A DNA stretch of 64,000 nucleotides from Paraspadella gotoi (Eukaryota; Animalia; Chaetognatha). The notes under the pieces are model-generated. The model was not told the origin of the DNA. It did no database searches and worked only from the letters and a program-made list of their open reading frames with translations. Of this stretch, positions 1 through 13,299 are shown one piece after another. Made by a program: the position numbers and the translations under genes. Numbering within the stretch: position 1 is the first letter of the stretch; the number at the start of each line of letters is the position of its first letter. The stretch lies in the NCBI GenBank assembly GCA_051294375.1, contig CM119267.1:13966710-14030709 (forward strand). The letters run 5' to 3'.

Positions 1-697
1 CCCCATGGTATATATCTCCACTTCTCTACATCTACACCACCTTCGACCCATCACGTCCTTTCCCTCAAATCACCCGCCCCTCCCCCACCTCCCTCCCCTC
101 ATTTTCCCACCCCCTAATCTCTCGGCTCCTTCCCCCATTCGGCCGGATCGCCCAGTCATCCGGGATATAAAGGCGTCGGCGATGCCGCTCGAATGGCCCA
201 TCGCGCCGCGTTCGCGACCGCCTTAAAAACGAGGCATAAATCTGTCGCCGCTCGGGACGATGGCGCTGGCGATGGATGTCGACGCGTGACGCCGGCGTGA
301 CGAGAGCGTGACGCCGGCGTGACGCGGAAAGTGACGGAAGCACGACCTCAGCGCGACCTCGGCGCGTCACGGGCACGGGCGGGAAATAGGCTTGACGCAG
401 TCTTGACGCAGGCTTGACGCGGGCCAAGTCTCTTTTCGAGTTACTTCGAAGTGCATTTTTTGCTTTTAAATCGACAAACAAGACTGGATATGGAAGAATT
501 GATGCAACAAGATTCGAGTTTTTTTGAGGAACAAGAGTCCACCCAAATCTTCCGTGAGAGCAAAACGGAGTGAGAAATCACGTGAAGAAAAATAAAAAGT
601 CGATAAAATCAAGAAAAGAGGAATCTCCACAGAAGAGACTTTCATGTGACGTATCGGGCAAAAAAGAAAAGCGGGCGAGATATTCACAGGGGGGAGG

Positions 698-740
<43 letters not shown>

Positions 741-1352
741 ACTCGTAACGCTCCACACACAAAAAAAATCCACACATAAAAACAAGAAGCGGATCGATAT
801 TCGCCATCTTCTGTCAAATTAAACGGACAACAACGACGAGGACTTTTGAAGTTTTTTTCTCAGAGAAAACGACGAAATATAATGACGAAGGACACACATG
901 GGTAAGTGCCGAAAGGGGGGAATCGGGTAAGGTACGATTTGAATTGAGAAGAGGTTTGCACGAGGGGCCCCGATGGATTGGCCAAGGAATTTAGGGTCAG
1001 GAAAGGTAAATAATTTAAAGAAAAGAAAATTCTTCATCTTACCAAACACTGAAGTGAAAAAGAATGTAAGAACATTTTTATCTTCGGTGTAAATACTTTT
1101 GTTTCGTTGAGTTTGAATATGGTTAAAAATGAGTTTAGTAATTTGAACAATGATACTTAAAACTAAACGATTCTACTAATGCCGTACACGAAACCCAAAA
1201 CTTTACGAAATCTACGTACGGAACAAGGAAAGGTCACCGGAATCCAAGCACTACGAGGTGCGAAAGAAAAAAAACCCCAAAACTCCGCAAAACTCGAGAA
1301 GAAACCTGAGCTGACGTCAACCGAGCGAACGAGGGGGAAAAAAACCCCAGTG

Positions 1353-1426
1353 TCACGTGAAGGACGACGCCGCATCACGTGATCCGCTTCCTCGAATCAC
1401 GTGAGAACCAGAGAACGTTCACGTGA
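1353..1426. promoter_or_regulatory. Cluster of four TCACGTGA (E-box/CLEAR-type) palindromes at exact 22-bp spacing
   Basis: TCACGTGA at 1353, 1375, 1397 and 1419 with three unrelated 14-nt spacers. A CRE palindrome TGACGTCA lies at 1312-1319. Function is inferred only. Confidence 0.5.
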
Positions 1427-2030
1427 TCGCCTCCCGGAACACATGTCTGCTACAAGACGCTGATGATGCAGTGCGTGGGAGGAAAGGAAGAGGAAGAGAA
1501 GTAGGAGGAAGAGGAGGAGGAGGAGGAAAATGAGAAACCGGGAGAGGGAGGAGGAGGAGGAGGAGGAGATAGAAAATAAGAGAAGGATCATATGAGAACG
1601 AGTGAGAGAAAGAGAGAGAGAGAGAGAGGGGAAATGAGAGAGAGGGAGAGTGTGAAGGGGGATAGAGAGAGAAAGAAGACTACGGGAAAAAAAGCTGAAT
1701 ACGAGCTGGCGTGCGAGAAGAGGGAATGTGCGAAGAAAAATGACAAAAAATGAAAAAGTTGAGAAGGGGAAAAAATTAAATTAAAACAAAAAAAAGAAGT
1801 CTAAAGAAAGAGAAAGGAAAATGGGAAAAACTAATAAAAAAAAATTCTGAAGATATACATAAATAACGAGGGAAACAAAAAGATAAAAGAATAAATATTA
1901 AAATAATAATAAATAATAATAAAAGAATAAAAATAGAAAATAAAGAAATTGAAAATGAAAATAACGGATGTTCTGTTAGGAATTAGATTGGGCGATAGAA
2001 ACTACGGTCTTTTTCTGAAAGACGAGAAGT

Positions 2031-2070
<40 letters not shown>

Positions 2071-2347
2071 AGAGATTCAGGATGCTGATCGCGTTGAAGG
2101 CAAAACGCGAGAGGGCGACAGGCGAGCAATCAGAGAATTTTTAGTCACGAGTCAAGGAAAGAAATTTCGGGTTCACTCGGTTTTTTTTTTATTAACTTTT
2201 TCTTATTTTTGGAGGAAAAATTTCTTTTTTTCATTTTCTTGGGAAAATATATAATTTTAAGTGAAGAATAAAAAAAACACGAGGAAAACGAGAAAATTTG
2301 TTGAGAAAAATGAATCGACGACTGAAAATAACAAAATGACGAAATGA

Positions 2348-2381
<34 letters not shown>

Positions 2382-2553
2382 TTTGACTTTCGACAGTCGC
2401 TGAAAATTTTTTTTTCATTGAGTCGATTGTGACCGTAAAATGATGGCGAGAGGGAAAGAGAAAGAAAAGAAAAAAAAGAAAGAAAAAAAAAGAAAGAAAA
2501 AAAAAGAAAAAAAAAAAGAAGAAAAAAAAGAAAGAAAGAAAGAGAGAGAGGGG

Positions 2554-2625
<72 letters not shown>

Positions 2626-3645
2626 GAGAGAGAGAGGAAAGGCACATTGAACAACGCCGATATTACGATCGCTAAAAACAAAGGATAATACTTTTAAAAA
2701 AAGAAATGAGACTCCGACAATAACTCGTAACAAAACGATCACAATATATACACTCCAGTAACGTTACAAATAAAGCCAAAAAGTTTTCTGTGTCAAGTAA
2801 AGATTGCGCCATGAAAAGACAAATGTGGTGCCCATAATAAGAATGATATCATTTACTCATGTGCAATTTAAAGGCTATGCTTTTTAAAATTTAAGTATAT
2901 AAGGTGATTTTTAAAGTCTGATATAAAGTGGCGCGTTTTTTTTTAGACATGACTGTACAAGAGCGCGGCTTCCTCGTTTGCTTCCCTCCTCCTCCCCCTC
3001 GCGGGAGGTTTTAAATTTTTAGTATAATTCACCCGGAGGATTTCTTCGCCGGGACAGCAACGAGGCCGAGGACGACGACAACAGCGTCAGGAGCGGGATC
3101 GGCGCAGCGGCGCGCGGCTGCCGACCTCCTTATCTCTTTATCGCCAACTGCAACTTCGGCAAGGACGAAGACGACGATGACAACGACGAAGGACGAAGAC
3201 GTCGACCCCGAGTCCGACCTTCGTCGACCGAGCGCCTGCGTCTTCTTGACCCCCACGACTTCCGGTTCCGGTGGCTTCTTCCGCGTTTCCGTTTCGACTC
3301 CTTCGGTTCTTCGAGATCTTCCCTCTCCACCGCTCATCCCTTTCCCCCAATTTCGATAACTCCGTTTTTTTTTTTCTGCTCCTTTTCTTCGAATTCATTC
3401 TTCTGCTTCTCAACTGTTTCTTGTTTTACTTTTGATAAGCATTACCCTAAATTGGTCCTGCTTGCTTAATTCATTCAGTTCGTACTTGTTATCCTAGTTC
3501 TTCCGTTCTGCCAAGATTTTCTCGCAACCTCCAATACAGTTTCTTACTTACCTCTTTCATTATCTAAATATTTCTTCAAAGAGCTACATCCCTCTTTGTC
3601 TAATAGATGTGCGTACTTTATTCTTTGGTCCTTCGTCTTTCATAC

Positions 3646-3720
3646 TACAGGGGTGGGACACTATATCGGGACAAAATTGATAAAAATCATTACTTTAAAG
3701 CTCTTAATAATTTTTAAAAT
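3646..3720 (+). mobile_element. Possible single terminus of a Tc1/mariner-type MITE
   Basis: TA|CAGGGGTGGGACA opens an AT-rich block. No matching inverted end was found in the window. Confidence 0.25.
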
Positions 3721-5763
3721 CTGAATAAATATTCGCTTTTAGATGATGTATTAATTTTTTTGAAATTCTTCGATATTATGCTTTTTTTGATGCATCAAAG
3801 GCAACTGCTCGGTTTTTTCCGCGCGGTTTGGAAAAAATGTTTGAATACTTATTGTTAAATCTCATTCTAATATATAAAAGTGAAAAATATTCTTGGAAGT
3901 ACTTATTTGTAGTATAATAATGCTCCTGGCAAGGTGTACATGGTATTTTGGTTAAAAAATTTTAAAGTAAGCAGGTAAGATTTGGGTAATTTTTTAATGG
4001 TTTAATTTTTATTAAAACTTACTTTTATCAAAAAATTTATTAACGATATTGACAGATAATTGTAAGATTTAAGATTGTAAGATTGTAAGATTGTAAGATT
4101 TAAGATGTAAGATTTCTGAATGCATAATAAAAGCGTCAAAAAGGTAAGAAATACATAAAGTATTTGACAATTGAATATATTCGTTATAATCCTCCTATAA
4201 TTTTGTTTTACTGACCTGAAAAAAAATTAAATAGGTTTAATTTGGATAGTGATGAAAAGCTTAAAATCAGGTGTATTGAAGATAAGACATAACACTGTCA
4301 TGTTTAGAGACGACCACTGAAAGATATTAACAAATATGGCTTTTATCTTATACAATACAATACGCGCGCATAAAAACGACTAAATGTTTTGAAAACATCC
4401 ACGACGCATTGCAGTTGCTTAAATATTTATTTTTTTTAATTGCATATAAAAATTGTGTATCAAATCGTTCAGATAGGGCAGGATGTTAAGTTTTGTCTCG
4501 ATATAGGGTATGTCTTTCATCGTTTTCATCAATACCCACTTTCTCTTTTTGTCCCCGCTTTCCTCGCTAAGTCATTTCTTGGCGCTTGCAACACCTCTTC
4601 TGGACTTTCCCACCTCTACTCGCTTCTTCTCCCCTTACCGCTTCCAAATGTTCCACCCGCCGACGGCCATTTTCTCGGCTTCCGCCGCCGACGCCGATCA
4701 GCCGCGTCTGCGCCGTTTCCACTCCGTCAGCCACTCTACATCCAACTCCCATTTTCATACCCATCCACCGGCGCCACCCTCGCGAGCAAGGCCGCCCGGA
4801 AGTTGGCGTGGGCGTGACCGGAAGCGACGTGGGCGTGTTTGAGCAAGACGTCTCTAACGCCTCCGAACGTCGAAACGAAAATCCCGTAAAAATGATGGAA
4901 TATTGTCGCCAAGGACGAAAATCGTCTACGACTACGACGACGACGATGACGACGACGACGATGACTGCTTCCAATGGTTGAACGCCAGAAGGACGACGAC
5001 GAAATGATGCAATCGCATATTGCGTTAACGACGACGATAACTACGACGACGACGACGTCGACGTTTAATAGGGTGAAGACGGGGGAGGCAGTTATTTCTT
5101 CCAAACGACGAAAAGGATTAGGAAGCAAACAAAGTCGCGAATAGTATGACAGAATATATTGAGTCGCTCGGAGCAGGATTGGAGGAAAAAGGAAAAGAAA
5201 AGAATGTGGAAAGGATTTAAACGGAAAAAAGGAGGAAAAGAAAAAAAAAAGGGATTAGAAAAACGATTTGAGGAGAACGGGGGAAAAAGGAAAAAAAAAA
5301 GAAGAAAAATAAAGGAAGAAGATAAGTAAGGAAAGTGATAGAAAGAATGGATTTGGAGTAAAACCAGAAAAGAAGGAAAAAGGTAGTACTAGCGGGGAAA
5401 AAAAGAGAGAGAGAGACAGAGAGAGAGAGAAAGAGAGTAAAAATAAAAATAAGACAATAAAAGGTAAAGAAAGGCAGGAAAATGGCGGAGCAATTTCACC
5501 GTCGCGTTGGTAAGAACAACAAGACCAACGCGACGAAAAAAGAATTGGATGGAAATAAAAACGAAGCGAAAAGAAAAGAAATTGTTCTCGTTTTTGTCGG
5601 TTGTTTTTTTTTTGTTTTTTGTTTCAGCGACGCGATGCGTGAAAGGTCAAAACTCCGAATGTTCATTTGATGATTCTCTGGAAGGAAGGAAGGGGAGCGA
5701 CGAAAGCGAATCACGCTAGAGGGCAGAATAATTTAGAGATAGATTGAGTGGGTCCATTTGTTG

Positions 5764-6007
5764 TTTTTAGTCGGATCCCGACTCTATTATCCACTTTGAC
5801 TTTGTCGGTCCACTTTGACTTCTTCGGTCCGTCGGTCCCACCACAAAATCTTGTCGGTCATTCAATTAAATCATGTCAGAACATCAAATTATGATAAAAT
5901 ATGCAAAAAAATGATGTCCGTCCGCCCGTCCGTAATTCATCATCGGATTAGCTTATTACCACTTAATTATCGTAGACATATCCGACGTTGTTTGCTCAAA
6001 CTTGTTT
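5764..6007 (+). mobile_element. HINE/DINE-1-like element, family B, short copy
   Basis: 5' TTTTTAGTCGGATCCCGACT, GTCC microsatellite, 3' ATCCGAC (inverted subTIR), hairpin GTTTGCTCAAAC and TTGTTT. Both ends are homologous to the reverse complement of 54036-54620. Confidence 0.65.
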
Positions 6008-6992
6008 TTTTTTTTTTTTCAACTTTCGAACATCGGTGGAGCCACTGCAAAGTCTCGCGCGATTAAATGGCCGAATTGGACCCATAAGCGTCGCGCTTTG
6101 TCACATGACGGAACCTCGTCAAAGGTCAAGCACCCTCTCGCGCATGGTCATTGATCGATCACGGACCGGGTCACGCGTGAACGTCGACGCCGTTCTCGTA
6201 TATACGCGCCGATCGACGCCGGTTTTTATGCCGGAAACCGGGTGACAAGTCAATCGTCGATCGGTTGAGTCGAAAGAATCGAGGAAGAATCAGGTGGAGC
6301 TAAGTGGTGAGGTGGAAAGATGGTGGGTTGGTGAGGTGGTTAGGGAGTTGGATAGGATTGGATGCTACTCTTCCGAATTGTGAATATAAATATAATGTAA
6401 AAAAAAAAGAGACTAAACCGTAAAGTTAGACGATTTAGAGATATACTTTAAGAATAAAGCAAACTGGCCATACGGTTTTAGGAGTTCGGGGCCTCAGGCG
6501 TTCCTGATCGTATGTGGAAAGTCTGAAATATTATCGAATCGTCCTTTCCAAGATCTCATGACGAGAGTGTCCCAATCATGGATTCCCATTGAGAGAGGAC
6601 TTCTATTAAAGAAGGCAACGGGGCTCCAGGTGCGGGCCGAATTATATGTCCTCCTTTCTTTCCTCTCTCTCACTCTCTCACTCTCGCTCCAACCCTTCTT
6701 CCCCCTTATACGGCCCCGTCCGCGCATGGGGGAAATCGACGTCGGTCCTCCTTACGAAAAATCCAATTCCCAACCAAATTGCGGAGCTGCCTCATCCTCG
6801 TTTTTGAATCTCTCTCTCTCTCTCTCTCTCTTTCTCTCGTTCTCTCTCTTTCTCTCTCTGTTACTCTCTCTATCACTCTCTCACACACACACATCCCTTG
6901 CGCGCACACACAAACACAAAGCTCGCGTTTTCAGGTAGATGTGACTCAAAGCGAGAGGGAGGGAGAGAGAGGGAGAGGGAAAGGGATGGAGA

Positions 6993-7058
<66 letters not shown>

Positions 7059-7578
7059 TCGAGTGATAAAAAAAAACCCGTGTTTTCGCTCAATTAAGTT
7101 TCGCTTGTGATCGAGTTTAACGTCTCATTTGCACATCGAAGGTTCCGAGTTTGTCCTTTGAATGCCTCCCACAGCGTCGCTGAGGCAGAATCGCTGAGGA
7201 CGCGAGCAATTTAAACCCGAAGACTAAAACAGTCGATTTCGGTTCTATTGATTGTTGTAAGCTAAACAGTTGTGAACTATCCTTTTAAGTGTTTGCGACA
7301 AAAGTTGTATGATTGCCACTCTCAGAAAGATTTCTTTTTCCATAGATTGTCTTTGACAATGTCATTAACATCGGTGCTTTATACTGATAACGATAGTGAA
7401 ACTTGCTCTTACTTAGCGTGAAGGGATATAAATGTATATAGATTCTAACATCGATGAAGTAAAAACGTTTTAAACCATTAAAAATTTAACTTCCCTGAAA
7501 GAAGTTTAAAATATAATAGTTTAATATATTTCCAATCTTTTTGGCGCGCGAAAGCCAAAAGAGCAACGGATTAGAGGG

Positions 7579-7617
<39 letters not shown>

Positions 7618-8599
7618 TAGAGAGAGAGAGAGAGGGAGAGAGAGTGGAGAGAGAAGGAGAGAGAGAGAGAGAGAGGAGCTTCACGATGACACTTCGTAAT
7701 GGCGCGGCTTTTAGTCTTACTAGCGACGCCGTGAGAATTTCCTTTTTCAGAGAGGAATGGCTTTTCCAATTGCGCCGCAATTTTCTATCTCTCTCTCTCT
7801 CCTCTCTTCTCCTCTCTCTCCTCTCTCTCTCTCTTCTCGTCTCTCTCATCTCTCCGACGTCGAAATTCGAGTTTTGAGGTGGAAATGAAATTCGACCGAG
7901 AGAAGAAAGAGAAGAAAAGAAGTAATATCTTTTGATTTCCCATCTTGGAAAATGAATAAATCGCCGAAAAATTTGTTAGTTTCGGTAACTTTTGTAATCT
8001 GATTAGAAATACCATAAAGAAAAGTTGTATTTTAAAATATTCTGTTTTGAAATAAAGATTTTCAACGTTAAGATTGATGTTCTCTGTGTATTATATATAA
8101 TATACATAGCTCAATACTATTATCAAATAATGCATATATCAAAACCCACAGAGGTTATATTAAGTATAGATATAATAATTCTTCCAAAAAAATTATCATA
8201 ATGTTTTTTTAATCGCAACTCGAATCGGAACTTGAATCATTCGAATAAAAAAAATCATAATTTTTCAGATATATGTATCATTTTTTCCCTGATATTAAAG
8301 GAGCCAAAAGTTAGGCAAAAGTTTAAAACTGAGAAAATCCGAACAAATAAAACAGTTGGACGGAAACACAAATCTTACGAATAGAACGAGCCAAATTGAA
8401 AAAAAGAAAAAGAAAAGTAGAAATATCTAATAAAACGACCCAATTAAAATAAAATCCCAAAAAACCTTTTTCTCTCAATTTTTTTTTGGAGAGCCACCTT
8501 ATCGCAAGCTTAAAAAAAACGAAATTAAAAGCAATTAATTAGGCTAGGAATTTTCTTTGTTTCTTTGTTTCTTTGTTTCTTTCTTTATTTGTTTCTCTC

Positions 8600-8644
<45 letters not shown>

Positions 8645-9013
8645 CAAGTGCTCTAAGCTAAGGAAAAACTAAAAAAAAAAGACTAAAAAGAAGAAAAAGA
8701 AGAGGAAATAATTTGAGAGAGAGTCAAAAAGTAGATTCGCTTAACTTCGCCTTCTTTCTTCTCTCTTTCTCTCTACTCGTTCGTCGCTTCTTCTCTTTAA
8801 CCCTGTTTCTTCTATGCCGAAGGTCAACCTTAACATAAAGGAAGAAGAGGAAAGAAAAGAAAAAGAGAGGGAAAAACAAAAACGAAATGAGAAATACTTG
8901 AGTTTAAAAAAAAAGAGAGAGAGAGCGAAGAAAATTGAGGCTCGGGGAAGGAAAATTAAAGATATAGAATTGGTGAAAGAAAAGAGAGAAGGAAATAAAA
9001 AAGAAAGTAAGAC

Positions 9014-9050
<37 letters not shown>

Positions 9051-9086
9051 TAAAGAAAGAAAGATTAAAAAAAAAGTAAAAAAAAG

Positions 9087-9491
9087 AAAACAAGAACGGT
9101 AATTCAAATTAGTTGCGCCGCAGTAACTGCTTTATCACGTGTATTTCTCATTGACATGACATGACGTGACATGACATGACATGACGCGACATGACAGGAC
9201 TACATGACTGCAATAACTTTCTTAGCCGTTGTATTTATGACAGGCACTCCATCGGAATTCCGTCTTTTATTCCTTATAATTTTTCGGAATTCCTAAAGGC
9301 GGTGCTAGCAGTCCCTTAGATTTTAGGTTTTTTTTGTCTTAACAAATGAGCAACCAACTATAGGCAAATTATATGTACTTTTAACGTAAGTAGGATAGAC
9401 CAACGGACAGACATACCGACGAACCGACCGACAGACCGACCGAAAGTGACTAATAGAGTTACTCCGCGAGTTCTCGTGGCGCAACTAAAAA
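9087..9491 (-). mobile_element. HINE/DINE-1-like non-autonomous Helentron derivative, family A, copy 1
   Basis: Reverse complement of the copies at 56223-56586 and 63004-63374. It has a perfect 10-bp subterminal inverted repeat TAGTTGCGCC (9110-9119)/GGCGCAACTA (9478-9487), an internal GACC/GACA microsatellite, a (GACAT)n tract, a CTTGTTT end and T-rich flanks. Confidence 0.7.
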
Positions 9492-9661
9492 GAAAAAAAA
9501 AAAAAGGAAAAAACTCAAATAGAATAAAGAGAGTAAAAAAAAGGCTTCAACTTTTTTCCTTCGCATTTTTCCTTCAGAGTCACAATTCATCGGAGGGAAA
9601 AGGAGGATGAAAAGAAGAGATGAAGGAAATTAAAGAAAGAGGAAAAAAAAGAAAAATGAGC

Positions 9662-9782
<121 letters not shown>

Positions 9783-9894
9783 CGCTGATCCACGGGCGCC
9801 ATTACAAAGAGATTGGGTGCTTTCGGCCAAAAAAGGAGGAAGAAAGGAAAGGAAAGGAATCTTCGATCGACTCCGATCTCTCAACGGTCCGAAG

Positions 9895-10510
9895 AGGATG
9901 GATGAGGAGGAGGGGGTGGCTGAGGAGGTAGGGTGGATGAGAAGGAGGGGTGGCATGAGAGGAGGTGGATGAGAGGAAGGGTTGAGGGGAGGTGGAGAGG
10001 AGTGGATGAGGAGGGAGTGAGTTGACTGAGGAGGAAGGGTGGATGAGGAGGAGGGGGTTGATGAGGAGGAGGGGTGGATGAGGAGGAAGGGGTTGATGAG
10101 GAGGAGGGGAGGATGAGGAGGAAGGGGTTGAATGAGCAGGAGGGAGTGGATGGAAGGAGGGGTGGATGAGGAGGAAGGGGTTGATTGAGGAGGAGGGAGT
10201 GGATGAGAAGGAGGGGGATGAGGAGAAAGGTTTATGAGGAGGGGGTTTGATGAGAGGAGGGGGTTAGATGGAGAGGAGGAGAGATGGAGGAGGAGGAGGA
10301 GGTGAATGAAGAGGAGGGAGTGGATGAGAAGGGGTGTTTGATGAGGAGGAAGGGGTTGATGAGGAGGAGGTGGTGATGAGGAGGAGGAGGTTTGATGAGG
10401 AGGAAGGGTGGATGAGCAGGAGGGTTGATGAGTGGAGGGGGTGGGTGTCGGAGGTAGAGGGAGGTAAGGTTGAATTAAGAGGAGGGAGTGGATGAGAAGG
10501 AGGGGTGGAT
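9895..10510. repeat. Degenerate purine-rich minisatellite (GAGGAGGARGGGTGGAT-like units)
   Basis: Recurrent GATGAGGAGGAAGGG/GGGTGGAT words. Explains ORF 9630-10613. Confidence 0.85.
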
Positions 10511-11333
10511 GCGGATGCAAGACCAGCAGATGTAAGGTCATTAAATGCCAAGACAGCAGATGCAAATACAACGGATGCAAGCCGAGGCGATGCAAGACTT
10601 GGAGGTGCGACACAAATAGATGATATTGAAGAGTTCTATCTTATTTTCTTTTTCGAAATTGTTTCATTTCATTTCAAGAAAAACGATTTCAAATGAGAGA
10701 TTTATGTAAATTTCAAAAATAAAAACAATTTTGTAAATGTGTAAGAGACTGCAAAATTCTTTTCTTAAATAAAGCAAGTAAATTTCTCGAATTGAAAATA
10801 AAGTAAAGACTTTTCCTTGAATAAATTCTTTGAATAAATTTCGCCTTCATTTCCAACAGAAAAGTCATTTTTATTTTAATCAATAATAAAAGTAGAACCT
10901 TCTCTAACGTTTCACAGTATGAAGATCGAAGACATTGAAGAACATTGACTATTCGCAACGAAACGGAGAGTAAAGTTGCCTCGAAGTTGAAAATCAGAGA
11001 ATCAGAGATTCACTCACAAATCGAATGAAGTCGGAACGAAAGCCAAAGAAGCTAAGGATTGGGAAGCAGGGTTGCGGAGGAAGTCAAGGGGTCACCCGAG
11101 TTAGAGAAAGACAAGAGAAAAAGGAAGGCAAAAAAAAATAAAAGGAAAGACAAATAAAAAAGGAAGAAAAAAAGGGAGAGGCGCGGGAGAAAATGAAGGA
11201 AAAGATGCGTAAACATTGCAAATGGATTCACAGATTATGGAACAGAAACTTTTTTTTCCTTTTGCTTTTGCTTTGGCTGATGTACGTTGTAAATAAAAAT
11301 TTTCTACCGGAAGTGATCGTTGACAACTCAAAG

Positions 11334-11383
<50 letters not shown>

Positions 11384-12069
11384 ATATCCCGACATTTGAC
11401 ACAGACAAGGGAGAAAAGGAGAACGATAGATCCCGGCTGAAAGACAAACAACCCAGTCTATTACAGAATCACAAGGGAATGAAATTTCGAAAAAAGGTAC
11501 ACGGAAAACAATTACCATAATTTAATATCCAAAGATTAATACATTTTTAGGGATGACCCGCTGTCAATATATTGGAAGGCCGGAGTTAACCAAAGAAAAA
11601 TTGATGGGAGAAAAGATAAAAATTAAAGAAAGGGAAATATTTAAAATAAATAGAGAATATATGTACAAAAGCGGACATTTGCCTAAAATAAGTTTTGAGG
11701 CTTGTAAAGCAAAAAAGTTTTTCTAAGGAGAATGGCTAAGCCTAAAGGATTCGCGTAAATATGTAGTAGACAATATCAAAAGTTTAAGAAACAAATTTCA
11801 TTAGAAAAAATTAATAAAATAAAATTTCATTAGTCGCATAAACATCATTAAATTAAATAATTAAATAAAAACAAAACCTATAAAACCTAACAATATTCTT
11901 GAAGATAGAGGTAAGTCGCGGCTTAAAACTATGGATGGGAGAAAATTAAAAAAAAAAGGATGGATAAATTGAAAAGCGAAGGATAAAGGAGAAAGAAAAG
12001 GAAATAAAAAGAAAAACCACGGGAAAGTGAAAGAGAGAAAGAAAAGAGGGAGAATAAAAAACTGAGCAT

Positions 12070-12119
<50 letters not shown>

Positions 12120-12892
12120 AAATGGAAACTTAATCTCGGAAATTCATTATGAAAGGCGATCATCTGAAACTGTGAATAGGCGAAGGCACAGTCGGAGCGT
12201 TAAAGGCGCTGTGAATGTTGGTAGGGTGGTGGAGGTTGGGTGGTGGAGGTTGGGTGGTGTCGAGAATGGTAAGTTAGAAAAGCTCCCGGATGTGTTACTG
12301 TTGGGGAAACCCGTTTAAGGTGACGATGAAGAAATGAAACGCGCGTGGAAGCGTTAATCGAAAAGTCAACAGCAGCGGCGTCGTCGTCGTCGTTGTCGTC
12401 GTCGTCTTCGTCGTCTAACGACGTGTTTTTGTCGGTATATTTTCCCTTTCGTCGAGTCGGTTGGAATAAGAGATTACGTTAGCTCAATGTTTAACACTCC
12501 ATTCACGGAAAATCCAACTTCGCCTCACCGCTTGTGAAGCGTAACGCCAGGCAAGTCGCTGCTCACGTTCAACAAGTCATCTGCCCGATGCTCGAATTGT
12601 TTCAGTCTCTCCTCTCAAATTAACGCCGCAATCAAATTTCTCTTTTACACACCGGTAATTATAGTATTTCGATGCTAGTGCGGAGAACAATATAGTATTT
12701 CCCGATCTAATAATTGAGGTCCTTTGATTCATTTTAAACATTTCATTGATAAAAAAAAACTTAATTGTTTTAGACATCTCTGTTATTCTGTCCAATCACT
12801 TCTCCCTAATCATCCAATTCAGTCTTTCCTTCAGATCTGCGCCTAATAAGGCTACTTTTCCCCCCCTTTTTTTCTTGATCTGTCTCTGTACC

Positions 12893-13004
<112 letters not shown>

Positions 13005-13091
13005 CTCCTCCCTCGACCCCCCTCACTTCCTCCTCACGGGAAACGTCAAAGCTGTGAAGGCTAAAGGTCTCGGCTAACTAATTGCGCAGCA

Positions 13092-13129
<38 letters not shown>

Positions 13130-13299
13130 AGTCTTCGTGGTGATTTCCTTCGTCATTAGAGTCAATATATCGTCAATACTGACAAATTGTCAATCGCCAC
13201 TCTTTATATCCTCTCATTCTTTTTCTTTATCGTCGTCAGCTTGGCGTTTGTCATTTGTTTTGACTTTCATCGCCGACGTCGTTTCGGGGTTGACTTTCT

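Noticed and set aside
1353-1426. CRISPR-like repeat-spacer array
   Set aside because: Repeats are only 8 bp and spacers 14 bp, the context is eukaryotic and there are no cas genes. Better explained as transcription-factor sites.
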